Assembly (NCBI RefSeq): GCF_964194025.1
Contig: NC_134470.1
Location: forward strand, 59,272,001 to 59,336,000
From: Convolutriloba macropyga
Lineage: Eukaryota
DNA: 64,000 bases
Direction: 5' to 3'
Made by a program: the position numbers and the translations under genes
Shown here: positions 12,331-24,013 of the stretch, one piece after another
How positions within the stretch are numbered: position 1 is the first letter of the stretch
Layout: every line of letters starts with the position of its first letter
The notes under the pieces: model-generated
The model's database searches: none
Seen by the model: the letters and a program-made list of their open reading frames with translations, nothing else
What the model was told of the DNA's origin: nothing

Positions 12331-15158
12331 ATTAATAGCCGCCCTCATCTTCTCAGCCGACTTTTATAGTGCTTATATTTATTACATTTCAATGAATATT
12401 CATGATTTTTGAAATCAAATTGGATTACTGATTTTGGTAACACCGGAACAGGAAGTGGAGCGGAAAAGCGAGTGGTGTTGTGGCGTGAAATTGTTTGCTC
12501 GAATTTTAAAGTAGAGTGAGAAAATGGCGTTTGAACGAATATTCGCTTTTCAGCTAGTGGTTTTTTGATCATATGCGGCATTTTGTTATCAATTTTTACT
12601 GTTTTTCCTTTTTTTTAAACTTATCTTTTTCCGGATGGTTTTCGCAAACCATTCATATTCCATCCCACGTCTAGTTTTTTGTTTAATCGATGAAATGTTT
12701 TTGAATTGTAAGCCAGGACACATCCTGCTACATTTTTTTACTTCGTCGAACAAAAATTGGTTTCATTTGAGCTCATTGTGCCGCTGTTTCAACATTTTGC
12801 GAAACATCTTTTTGACTTCTCTGGTCGAGTTTCGCTCATCTCTCATTCTGTTCAAAATGCTTTTATACAGGAGTTGCTCAACAAAACATTTCAAAATGAA
12901 CAGAATCAGTATATAAAAAACGAAATCAGAAATAGAAACGGGATAAACCCAGCAAAGCCCAAGTTTAGATGCCCATTACTTGCACTTTGTTCTTATAAGT
13001 CTTAGTTACCATCCCTCATGCCTATTGGTATTGATACCGGCTTTTGTATCCTCTCACTATGAAACAGGAGTATGTTCAACTACGAAATGACATCAATGTA
13101 GTCTGCACTTTTAAACTGTTTTTTTTTTCCTTTTTTCTCGTTATTTTATTGCTCTCAAACGTGGTTTGTGGTAATTATATTAGTCTTCTCGGTCTTTTTT
13201 TAATGCGATTTTTCGCTTGACCGATTTTTTGTAGGACGCTTGTGACTTTTCGTCCTCAAAAACGGGATAAACAGGTACCGCCCAGCGGGCATTAAGAGCT
13301 CTTAGAGCCTGCCTTTCAGCTCTGTTTCAGCTAAAACTGTTTTGGAGACTTATACTTCTGCTGTGAAGGGCGGTTCTTAGAGTTTGAAGACACCCCCACT
13401 GTTGACCCTCCTCCACTATTGCCCCCAACCGCGCTGTTCCCCCAACACCACTTTTGCTCACCCCCACTCACCTCCCTCCCAATCAGATCCCTGATGCACC
13501 CCCCTCCCCCGTGGCTACGTTCGAACAACCGATTGCTAAAAACACGCAATTTTTTCGAGCTTTTTGAAAATTTTTGTTATTTTTTGAGATCTTTCAGCCC
13601 TGGGTGTCAAGAAACTTCCTCATGGGTTTTATAGTAGGTTGCTGCATAGTTTCGAGTGATAGTGGAATGGTTTCAACATTTTAACATCACGAATTTTAGC
13701 AATTTTTTTGACAAAACGTGCAAATCTTTTCAATTTTTTGAACCTTTATTTTTCATTATTCAGTTTTCATTTTTCTCTCTAGACGCAGGGGCCAGAAAAC
13801 GTCCTTTGGGGTTTGATAATAAATTACTGAAAAATTTTTATTCGCCATGGTATAGCTTTCAATTTTTTAACATGACAAATTTTAGCGATTTTTTCGATCA
13901 ATTTTTTTTCAAGTTTTTCAAAACTTTTTGTCGATTTGCAGGTTTCTCAAGCCTCCAAAGCCGTTTAACTTCCTCTAGGGATTCACAATAGGTTACTGTA
14001 TAGTTTTTAAATGTAATGGAATGTTTTTCAAGATTTGAACATCACGAATTTTAGCATTTTTTAAAATAAAACTTGCATTTTTTTGACATTTATTTTCATT
14101 ATTCGAGTTTTTGAGCACTATAGAAAATATCCGTTAGGGTTTGATAATAAGCCACTGGAAAATCGTTTTTGGCCATGGATTAGTTTTCAACTTTATTTAT
14201 CTCAATTTTTAGCAGTTTTTTATGCTACTTGCATTTTTTTTGAAGTTTTTTTGTCATTTTTTTAGGGTTCTGCAGCCTCAAGAGCCACATATTGTCCTCC
14301 AGGGTTTGATTTTCGGTTACTGCATAGCTTCTTGATGTAATGAAATGTTTTTCAAGATTTTAATATCACCAATTTTTTTTAAAAAAATGCAATATTTTCA
14401 AGTTTTGAATCGTTTTAAATTTTCTCATTTTCTCCGGCACCAGGGTCCTAGGGACCTCCTCCAGGGTTTGATGATAAGCTGTCACATAATTTTTGAATTT
14501 AACGGAATGGTTATCAATATTTTAACGACTCCAGCGTTAGCAATTTTTTGATAAAATTTAATTTTTCAAATTTTCGGAAAATTATTATGTTCCAAGTTTA
14601 TGGATCTTTATGTGCCATTGAAACTATTTAAATTTCGAAATAGGGATACTGGATAGTCTCTTGAGACACTGAAGTTGTTTTGAAGATTTTATTATCTTGA
14701 ATTATAGCAAAATTTGCGATTGTTTTCAAAATTTTTGAAGTTTTTAAAAAATTTTTGTCCTTTTCTGAGTTTAACGATCATTACTGGCCACTGAAGCTTT
14801 TCAAGTCTTGCAGATGGATTACCTGACATCCAGAGACAAAAAATGGTTTTAAAGATTTTCATTGCGAAATGTGGAAGCTCTTCTTTTAAATTGTGCAATT
14901 TTTTGCAAATTTTTAAAATATCAGTTTTTTATCAGTTGACTTCTATACTAACAAAGCTAGAAAACTATTAGTTGCACAGTGGAACCAAACTATAGCCAGC
15001 CTCACTAAACCGTGGCTAGCTACTGACGAAGCCAACCGCTCGCCAGTCGTTGGAGATCAATTCGCCCGACGTTAGTCGGTAATGTATCGATTCTCTCAAT
15101 CACAAGCGTGGTTATGGAATCAACGGCGGCTATTTTCCAGCAATCTGCCGGTTTTATT
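12331..15158 (+). mobile_element. HINE family 2-type element enclosing a family 1 copy
   Basis: subTIRs aatagccgcc (12334-12343) and ggcggctatt (15125-15134), followed by imperfect hairpin ccagcaatctgccgg and a T-rich end. Confidence 0.55.
13146..15090 (+). mobile_element. Long HINE family 1 copy with central ~150-bp tandem array
   Basis: 5' subTIR attgctctcaaacg (13148-13161), 3' subTIR 15047-15062, hairpin ccgacgttagtcgg (15066-15079). Paralogous to 8341-11050. Confidence 0.75.
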
Positions 15159-15538
15159 AATAATAATTAATAATTGTGGTTTCTGCGTAATCGCAGTGGA
15201 ACAGCATTAGGCCTACAGTAGCCTGTTTTCAGCTGCCCTTTTGCTTATTCCCCACATTTCAGACTGATCTTTTCATGAGCAGCATTGCTCTTTTTTTGGT
15301 GACTTTACTTTATAGGGTATATGTCAATTAGGTTTTTGAAGTAATTTAAAGTTTATTTGGTCTGGTGGCTATTGGTTTCACAGAACAAATCTACCCAGAA
15401 ATGCTCGTATTATTTGAGAGAAAACTGAATTTAATCTCTTTCTTTTCTATCTACGTTTAAACACTGATCGAGGCTTTATCTAAGTCCGCTCTTTCAATCA
15501 AATCTAAATTGAATTAACAGGTGTTTTCTTTCTTTAAG

Positions 15539-15901
15539 GTCTGTTTGACTTCAATTCCGCGTCCTCCAAGCAGCAGTCTAATTCTCAAACAACCAACACT
15601 CCAACTGAAGTAATACCGAGCTCCAACAATAATCAGACGTATTTTCACAGTAGTAAAGTTTCGCCGTCTGTAGCATTAACTCCGATTGCTTTGGGCTGTG
15701 ACGAAAATGGTTCTCTGAAAATGGCACGTGTGAAAATAGACGATATTGTTGGCACCAGGCAAGCTCTGGAATCGTTCCTGAGATTTGTCTACTCTGGCCA
15801 TACGCTGATGCCACCCGAGGACTCTCTTTTCCTCCTTCGGACACCCTCCTTTTATGGACTGACCAATGATAGGCTCGCCCATATTTGTCAGAAGAACCTA
15901 G
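15539..15901 (+). CDS. LZTR1: LZTR1 exon (BTB2 C-terminal half)
   Basis: Acceptor tttaAG at 15538; the phase-1 join gives YFL-S-LFDF and the frame is open throughout. RQALESFLRFVYSGHTLMPPEDSLFL...YGLTNDRLAHICQKNL matches LZTR1 [26 protein letters not shown]...YGFYNNRLQAYCKQNL. Donor GTaaac at 15902. Confidence 0.92.
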
Positions 15902-16193
15902 GTAAACCACCAATTTGTCACAGTTTGGGATCTCTCTGATACCGCAGTTACAATCTTTTTGCCGTCACATAGCAAATCATGTGCCTGGTAGGGGGAGGGG
16001 GTGGGTGGTGGTTGTCAATGATAGCATACCAACTAACCCACTAACAAAACATTTAGCAGTGATGGAGTTGACTCGAAAATAAGAATAAGTGGAACTATAC
16101 GTACAACCATTCTATGGCACTCAACTTTTTCCATTTTATTTTATTTATTTGTTGAGGCATCATACTACCTAAAGTAGAATCAATTGAATTTTG

Positions 16194-16356
16194 GGATCTT
16201 TTCCGTTTGTGCCCCCCCCCAGCTTAGTGGGTGCATATTATTTGCAACCCCCAGATGCACGTGCAATATTTTTACATAATGATTTACTATGTAATGACAC
16301 GTGCTCTGTAACTGGGGGGAGCATAACGTACTGGGGGGCACAAACGGAAAAGATCC
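16194..16356. mobile_element. MITE family A (Merlin-like), in the last LZTR1 intron
   Basis: 24-bp TIR GGATCTTTTCCGTTTGTGCCCCCC at both ends. Perfect 8-bp TSD gaattttg (16186-16193 and 16357-16364). Confidence 0.93.
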
Positions 16357-16396
16357 GAATTTTGCCTTTTTTGAAAATAGGTTGTTTGTTTTGTAG

Positions 16397-16665
16397 AAAC
16401 AAATATCACAACTGAGACTGTTCTCCGTGTCTACATAACAGTGGACTCGATTCCCCACTACAGTGATTTCAGAGACAGGTGTCTGCACTTCATTGTAGAC
16501 CATTTTGTGGAGTTGGGCCAATCAGAGGACAGAAGACTCCTCAGCCAATCACAGCTGTGTGAGGTGTGGGAAGCGTATTGTGTGAAGAAAATGAGCATGT
16601 CAGCGCAGCCTGTTTATCACCATCCTTATTTCCATCAGTACCAACAACAGCAAAATCAGAATTAG
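16397..16665 (+). CDS. LZTR1: LZTR1 terminal coding exon (BACK2 plus Q/H-rich tail)
   Basis: Acceptor ttgtAG at 16396; the phase-1 join gives E-TNITTETVLRVY...FRDRCLHFIVDHF...RLLSQSQL, matching LZTR1 EMNVTVQNVLQIL...MKRHCLHIIVHQF...RSLSQQLL. Stop TAG at 16663-16665. Confidence 0.92.
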
Positions 16666-17825
16666 ATGTTTTGGATTGCTGATCAGAGTCAATACAAAAA
16701 AAAACGTTTTTGAATCATGAGTCTGTACACCAATAATATTAGAATTATGGAATTATGGACAAAAAGTTGGATCAGGACGGCAGAGCTTTGAAGTCGAATA
16801 TATGTGAACGGCAGCCTCTCAGATTTCTTTCAAAGGACTGAGTTCTCGTGGCTTATGAATTGTTTAAGTGAAAAAGTAGCGATCATTATTAAGCCTAGAA
16901 CTTATTTTTCAAATGTACATTAATATTTAATATTGGTTGCATGAGAGGAACGGAAATATGAGCTAATGGTGCGATCAATAACAGATGCTATTGAAGAAGC
17001 TAGGGGATGCAACTTTTGAAGGAATATTGGAAATATGAAGTTCCTTCGAGATGAGTTGGTGACGTGACAATATTTAGCAGTTCGAGCAAGGTTTTGGGTG
17101 GGACAACTATCGTTGATCTTAGATTTTTTATTGAAAAAGAAACCCTCAAGAGCAATCAGTAATGCCCTTTGATTTTGATCAATATTTTTTCCACTCATAG
17201 CATAAAATCAAGAATTGATCTCTTCATTTTGCCGTTCGGAGAAGCCTCATTTAAATTCTCATCTGATCGACACGTGACTTGGCAATGTGTGGACTGGAGA
17301 GGAAAATTTCTATTTTAATGGAAGCTATTTGAGAGCAGTAAAGCATTCGGCTGCCTTTGTACAAACTATAACTATTGCAAGGATAAGTGATACGTGATGC
17401 TGCTAAACCACCTGAAACTGATATCAATTATTCTCGCTTTACGGGTCAAATCTTATTTGGAAGATGAATTTTTTCTTATAAATAAACACGTTCTTCTGAG
17501 AAGAATAATACTATTTTTCTGTTTTCCTTGCAATTTCAAAATATTAAGTTGCGTTGTAGATTAGTTTGATGTATAAATTGAAATCATGCTTTTAATTTAA
17601 TTTACAGCATCTTTGTTGTTGAATTTCGAAAAACTTTTCAATATTATAAATCCAATGAGAAAAAAAATGTAAACTCCAAGTACGAGCGCGCAATTTTTTA
17701 AGAACTTCGACACAAACAAACAAACTGACAAATTTTCAATTTGTCAATGCCAACTAACAACAGCTGCAATTGGGTGAGAGCGTTCTGTTAATTTCTAAAA
17801 GCCGCAAAATAGGTGCACCTCTCAT

Positions 17826-18290
17826 TAATTGCTCTCAGACAAAGTTTGTAGCAATTCTGTTAGTCATGCGGTTTGTTATGCGATTATACGTTGGGCTGAT
17901 TTTTGATCAGAACCTTTTGACTGTTCGCTCTCAAAAACGGGGGATAATCAGAAAACGTACGGTGGGGATTAAGTTCTCAGAGCTTTTAGATTCTTTAGAC
18001 TAATCTAAAGTATCCGATTCAGCGAAACTGTGTTGGGTCATATGGCGTAGAAGCAGGTTCTAAAGAATTGACCACCACTTCACGCCCCTCCTTCAATTCG
18101 TTCCCTCCCCTACATGAGCCTCAGTTCACTCCCATCCCCACTCCCTTCATTTAGTTCCAACCGTAACAGCGTGCTTGACCCCTCTCGTCGCCTCCCGCGA
18201 CGACTCTTCAGTTAGGCTAAAGCTAGCCTGCCTAAACGTAGCTAGCTACTGACGAAGCCAACGCTCGCCATTTGTTTGAGAGCAAATTTT
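17826..18290 (+). mobile_element. Short HINE family 1 copy without the central array
   Basis: aattgctctcagacaa ... ttgtttgagagcaaatt termini. Shares internal blocks (ctcaaaaacggg, gctagctactgacgaagccaa) with the long copies. Confidence 0.68.
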
Positions 18291-18833
18291 CAGCCGCCCT
18301 AAGTTGATTGTTTGTTAGTTTCGTTAAAAGAAATAACATTTTAAAACTCTTAATTGATTATAAACGTTAGTGGCGGTGCAGCAGTGTTTTAACCTGATAA
18401 CGTTCGTCGGATTCAAAAATTATCTGTTGCAAGTGTACTTTTTTCAAAACAAATGTTAGTTCCTGCAACTTTTTCATTATGTGGTTAACTTTACAAAGAA
18501 GCTCTAGAGTTTTCTAAGAACCTCCATAATTTTCTTTAAAGATTGTAACTAGAATCTTTATAACCAAATGTCATAACGGTTTTCTCTAAATAGTAACGAA
18601 AGCCTATCAGTGGCAGGCTGATGTATTTCAGGAAAACCAATTTTATATGAAAAAGTAACACATTTAGTTCAAGAGTTTTGCGGTTTTAACCAACAGACGT
18701 TAACAGCAGTTTTTGTGAAGATCGGCTTTTTAATTTCCTAACGAAATGAAAACTTCTATATTGTGGTTTTGCAAGATTAAAGTTTTAAATTTTTTTTGAC
18801 AATGCTCAAAATTTTGTTTTACAATTTAAGATA

Positions 18834-19640
18834 CACTTTAGTACCAAAAAGTTACGTACACCAATAGAATTTTTAAAAAGCAGCAAAGATGTCAAATAAT
18901 ATAACTTGATGAGTTCAAATCAGCTTTCTAGTAACGTGAAGCTATGCTTTTTTTCCAATATAGTGTAGACAGTTTGTAAAGTTTTCAGACAATTATCAAA
19001 AAGAAATCAGAGTCAAGTTTTCGACAATATTTCTTCCAATTTTTCCAAATGTTCTCTTGGTTTCCGTAATTCTTGCTTCACAATTGCTGTTTATGTTTAA
19101 TTGGATTTACATGGGGTCTATTTGCTGACCATTCCAGTATCTCCGGCTCCTCTTCTTTGAAGAATTGGATGAAAATTTCTGCACAGAAGCATGATCTTGA
19201 AGGCCCTTTAGATTGTTTGATCATCTATCAAACAGTTTTCGCCCATCTGATGTATTGTACCTCACGAGCTAAGTGACTGCTTGTGCAAAATGTTGCCCAG
19301 AAAACTTTTCATTTCTCCGAATAACCCGAACAATTGCTTCGCTAGAGATGCCCTGAGCTTACACTTTTGCTGTAGTTTGCATGCATACTGTGTACTAGAT
19401 CTTAATTTTATGTTAAATTGCTCTCGTTTTTTTTACTCTCACAATTGGACATTACCAATTTTAACAGCGTGGTAAACAGTTAATTAACAAAGCAGATTAA
19501 CCTTCTTTTCTGTGTAAGGAGAGAAATTGTTCAAACTTTCCTCTCTACCATCACGCTTTAGCGCCAATCAAACGTTTTGCGCAAAAGTAACGCTTAAAGC
19601 GCACAAATTGTGCTTTACGTAGCTTTTGGTACCATAGTTT
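18834..19640 (-). mobile_element. Internally deleted, decayed Tc1-like DNA transposon
   Basis: Minus strand encodes FIQFFKEEEPEILEWSANRPHVNPIKH (motif at 19100-19140), resembling the Tc1 DDE motif LEWPANSPDLNPIEN. TIR TA|cactttagtaccaaaaagttacgta at 18834 and degenerate inverted copy tacgtagcttttggtaccatagttt|TA ending 19640. Confidence 0.72.
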
Positions 19641-20461
19641 TATGAAAGTCGGAAGTGGTTCCAATTAGATTAATTTGGAGGGTTGGAACAAAAAGTAATA
19701 GTTGGATAGCTTTAACTTCGTCACGCTTTTCTTTGGTAAGATGGAGACCGTCAGTTAAAATTGGAATGAACGTCATCCAATCAGCACTGCTTTTGTTTCG
19801 AAACTTAATTCTCAAAATCAATGGTGCAAAAAAATTACGCGAAAAATATTCTAAGTTTTGCAGTACTTTTAACTCTGAAAATTTATCAAATTGAACCGAC
19901 TATCATACCCTAAGACATTATTTTTGTTGCAAGTGTTGCCGTTTTTTTCTAGCCTTCTTGGGGTCATTTAGCAGACACTCACACAAAATTACAGTTCTGG
20001 ATTCATTAAATGAATATTAGCTGCACATTATATTGGCAGAACAGTAACTGAAATGAACATGGTTTCATTTTTGTCTTGGCTCAACATACCAGAATATCTA
20101 AAACTGTCGTGGGGGAGGTTCTATTAGAGTTCTTCTTGAAAAGATTTCTTCTTTGAGGTCCTCTTTTCTGAGCACATTTCAGTTTACAGACGCAGGTGAA
20201 TACCATGCGTCAAAATAGCAATGACACGAGTCAATTAACTGTCAATTAACAATTCTTTTTCTGCCAGATACCACAGATAAACTCTACAGAGTTCAAGTAC
20301 TAGAAAACTGCGATCGGTACACCAAAATAAGATATTTTGGTTGGGGTCAGAGCACGACGCTTGGTTCAATTCCAAATCAATTTGGGAGTATTCAAAATAC
20401 AAAGAGCAGTTGTGCAGCCGTCGGAAAATTAACACACCTCTCAAATAAAATAGACAAGCTA

Positions 20462-23190
20462 TTGATCTCCTGTGGTTCCACTGATTCCAGTCAGTTGAAT
20501 AACTCATTTTTTGAACGTGTTGATCTCTCAATAAAGTCCGAGAGTAACAAATTGCCAGAAGTGTTGACAATATTGAGTTCGTACGTGCCAACTTGTCGCT
20601 TTGTTCATATCAAATTCAGAGCAAGATGGTCTCAATTGATATCAGGTATTCTTGAATGTGTTGAGGCTCCAGACAACGAGACAAACTGGCAAAAACTTTT
20701 TGCGGTTTCAAAATGCGTTCTACGTGCTTGTATCCGCGGAGGCAAAAAGCAAAAGCGCAATCAAGACCAACGTCTCGCAGAACGTTTCGATCGTTGGAAC
20801 GCCGGTGAATATGGGAAGGTTTGGTCAAAAGCTGTCTCATTGAAACAGTCAGAAAGACAGACAACTAATAGCATTGAAGAATTATCGGTCAGAGCGAAAA
20901 AGTTGTGCCTTCATGGCCAATTTGGCAGAGCTGCTAAATTTTAGCTTCTGAAGGTCTCGCACCCGATAACAAAGCTACATTCAAAGCACTGGAAAAGTTA
21001 CACCCGAAAGAACCGTTACCTGTTGTCAGTTTACCTGACGATACTGCATCCAATGCGTTCCAATTTAGTGAAAACGTAGTTTATGAACAACTGAAGACAT
21101 TCAGCGAGCACACTGCAGCCGGTCCCTCTAAGATGTTTCCAGAACATCTTCAGCACGCAGTAGACTGCACTGCACCTGATCGGTCCAAGTTTGCCCTGGA
21201 AGCGATAAAGTTATAAACATTAGTAGCAGGGGACTTTTTCCTGCTTTTATTTCCAAAGCACTCTGCTGCGCTTCATTCACGTCTTTATCCAAAAAGAAAG
21301 GTGGGGTGCGTCCGATAGCAGTTGGTGAAGTGTTGCGACGCCTTATAGCAAAACGCTTGGTAAGTGAAGCTGAATCAGGAGCAATTGAGCTATTTGATAA
21401 TTTGCAATTGGGGTCGACATTAGCGAAGGCCCTGAAGCAATCATTCATTCATCAAAAACTACATACAATAACATAGTTAGTGCTCAGACGGACGAAGGCG
21501 TGCTTCAAATTGATTTCCAAAACGCTTTTAACTCAGTCAAGCGTTCACATTTATTAAAAGCAACTTATGAATTTATGCCTGGAATTGCCGCCTTCACCAA
21601 TTGTTGCTACTTCCCAGCACACAACACTCTTTTATAACAATTCAATTGTTCAAAGTGAATCGGGTGTTCAGCAGGGTGATCCTCTGGGACCGTTATTGTT
21701 CTTGACGTTATGGCCAATCATACAGAAGATCAAGACTTCAGTTCCGGGTTTGTTACAGTACACCTGGTACTTAGATGATGGGTTTAATGCTGGGTCTGAA
21801 GATTGAAATCCTAGCCAATGAAGGCCATGAGAGAGGCCTAATCTTGAGAAAAGACAAATGTGAGCTGTGGTCAATTAAAGATTTACCCTCCGTTGATCCA
21901 GTTAAAAGGAATTTGGGAAATGGTTTTGAAGTTCTTGGTGCTGTATTTGGTTCAAAAGACTTTGTCGCTTCTTGTTTGTAGAGGAGAGTTCAAAAAGTTT
22001 TATCTATGCTGGACAATTTACATCACCTCAACGATCCTCAATGTGCATTGGGTATCCATCGTTACTGTTTGGCAACTCCGAAAATTGCATACTCTTTACG
22101 AACTAACACTCCATCAAACGAGATGCTCAAAGTATTGAAAAGTTTTTATGACGGCCAAAGAGAAGTGTTAGATCAAACTGGCTGAATTATTGATGATGAC
22201 GCATGGAAACATTCTTCCTTACCTATCGGTTTGTCGGGACTTGGCGTCAGACAGTCACAAGAACAATACAAAAGTGCGTTTGTGGTCTCAATTTTAGCCT
22301 CAGAGGAGCTGGTCAACAAAATAACAAGTAGACGTTGCTCAGAAAGTGACACTTTTAAATAGTTACACCAGAGTCTGGAACCGTTCAAACTACTTTCGCA
22401 CACACAAAAGAAGATCCAAGAAGCACTTGATAAAGAAAAACTTGCTGCCCTAAAAAGAAATCAAACGGCAACCAGGGAAAAAGCAAGACTCCAATCACTA
22501 TGCCTGCCTCATTCCGGCGCGTGCCTTGCCGCGCCTCCATTTCCTGCTATAGGTCTACACCTTTCGGCTGAGGAATTTCAAGTCAGTGTCAAGTACAGGC
22601 TCGGGATCGTGGTTTATGATCAAGAAAAAAAATGTCCCTATTGCAAGTCTGGTACATTGGACACATTTGGTGACCATGCAGTTGCCTGCCATGGAGGGGG
22701 AGATGCAATTTCAAGGCACGATAGATTTCGCGATGGCATGGCTTCCGCTTGTTCAGCAGCTAATTTGTCTCCAGTAATTGAAAATTGCAATCTCATTGCG
22801 GAAAACAACTCACGCCCAGGAGACGTTTTTCTGCCTTCTTGGAAATCTGGCCAATCAGCTGCTCTAGACATAACCGTGACTTCCTCTCTGCAACCGAACA
22901 TTATTTCTCATGCGGCAGAGAAGTCTCGCTATGCAATTGAAGCTGCTGAAGATCGAAAATATGCTCAGTATGAAAATAGCTGTGCTCAACAAGGAATTTT
23001 GTTCGTCCCTCTGGCAATCGAAGTTTTGGGCGGTCTGTCGAGGACTCTGAAGAAGGCCTTACTGCGCATGTCGTTGTTAGCTGATAGCAGAAAATATCAG
23101 TCAGTGGGGCAATCCATTGCCTTCAACAGAGCAGTTCAGTCACTTTCTGTTGTCATCGTACGAGGATCAGCTAATATGCTGTTGTCGTGA
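20462..23190 (+). mobile_element. Decayed CRE-clade-like non-LTR retrotransposon ORF (reverse transcriptase, CCHC knuckle, restriction-like endonuclease); several frameshifts and stops
   Basis: Motifs in order: GGVRPIAVGEVLRRL, QIDFQNAFNS, GVQQGDPLGPLLF, WYLDDG, LPIGLSGLG, CPYC...DTFGDHAVAC, RHD, RPGDVFLPSW...ALDITV, RKYAQY, FVPLAIEVLGG. These are split over several frames and the element ends were not resolved. Confidence 0.9.
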
Positions 23191-23607
23191 GCCCTGTAGT
23201 TGAACGCGGCAATTAGTTGAACTTGTCTGATAATCAGCGACCCGATTGTGTGGGACGCAATGTGAAAATAACTTTTCCTAGATGCTTGTGTTGAGCTGAA
23301 TCAATCCCTTGATGAATTAGAAACAACCCCGAATTTTTATTGAAATCACCCAATGAGAAGGGTGTCTTTTCGTAAGCAATGTCATCCAACAGTACGGTAC
23401 TTGAGCCCAGTTCGTTAACGCAAGGAGTTAAAAGGCTGAGGGAGAGAGGAAGAAACGTCAGAGATCGGAGAAAACTTTAAGATTGGCAATAAGAAATAAT
23501 CAGCAAACATTTAAATTTTAGATCAATATAAACCAAGATTATTTGATAATGGAGACCACGCAGATTGCAAGTTTAATAATCGCAAAAAATTATGACCAAT
23601 TGCAGCC

Positions 23608-24013
23608 TGTTATACTTTTTTGTATTGAATACTTTAGGATTCGCGTTGCGAAAACTTGTTTCAATAATATGATAGGAATTGCTAGGCGAATACACAACTA
23701 CTTGTGTATTACGAATTCTGATTATTGGAAACGCGGTGCGAATCCGTTGCTAAATTTACCTTAAGATTATGAGGAGCGTTTGCAGAGTAACTTGAATTCA
23801 GATTGACTAAATGAAATTATGATTACTTATGATAAACTAGTATGAACAAAATATGAAATAATTTAGTAGACTAACGGGAATATTAATATAGGTGAATAAA
23901 TAGAAGTCATAACTTTTAGTTATAAAACACATGATATAATTATAGATATAGAGGGTAAATAATTTAGTACACATAGAGGTTTCGATATATAATAGGTATC
24001 CATACGTATCACA
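23608..24013 (-). repeat. 3' LTR
   Basis: TG...CA termini. Identical to 30105-30510 except 4 substitutions. Preceded on the minus strand by PPT ACGAGGGAAA (24014-24023). Confidence 0.96.

Noticed and set aside
9191-14898. Numerous F/L-rich short ORFs in LZTR1 intron 3
   Set aside because: They are chance frames in T-rich repeat arrays and are not conserved between the paralogous copies.
15015-15050. Hammerhead ribozyme in the HINE 3' region (ctgacga-agc...gct)
   Set aside because: The CUGANGA box is present but the required GAAA after stem II is absent (cgcc), and no stems I/III were found. The same applies to ctgatga at 33423 and 55090.
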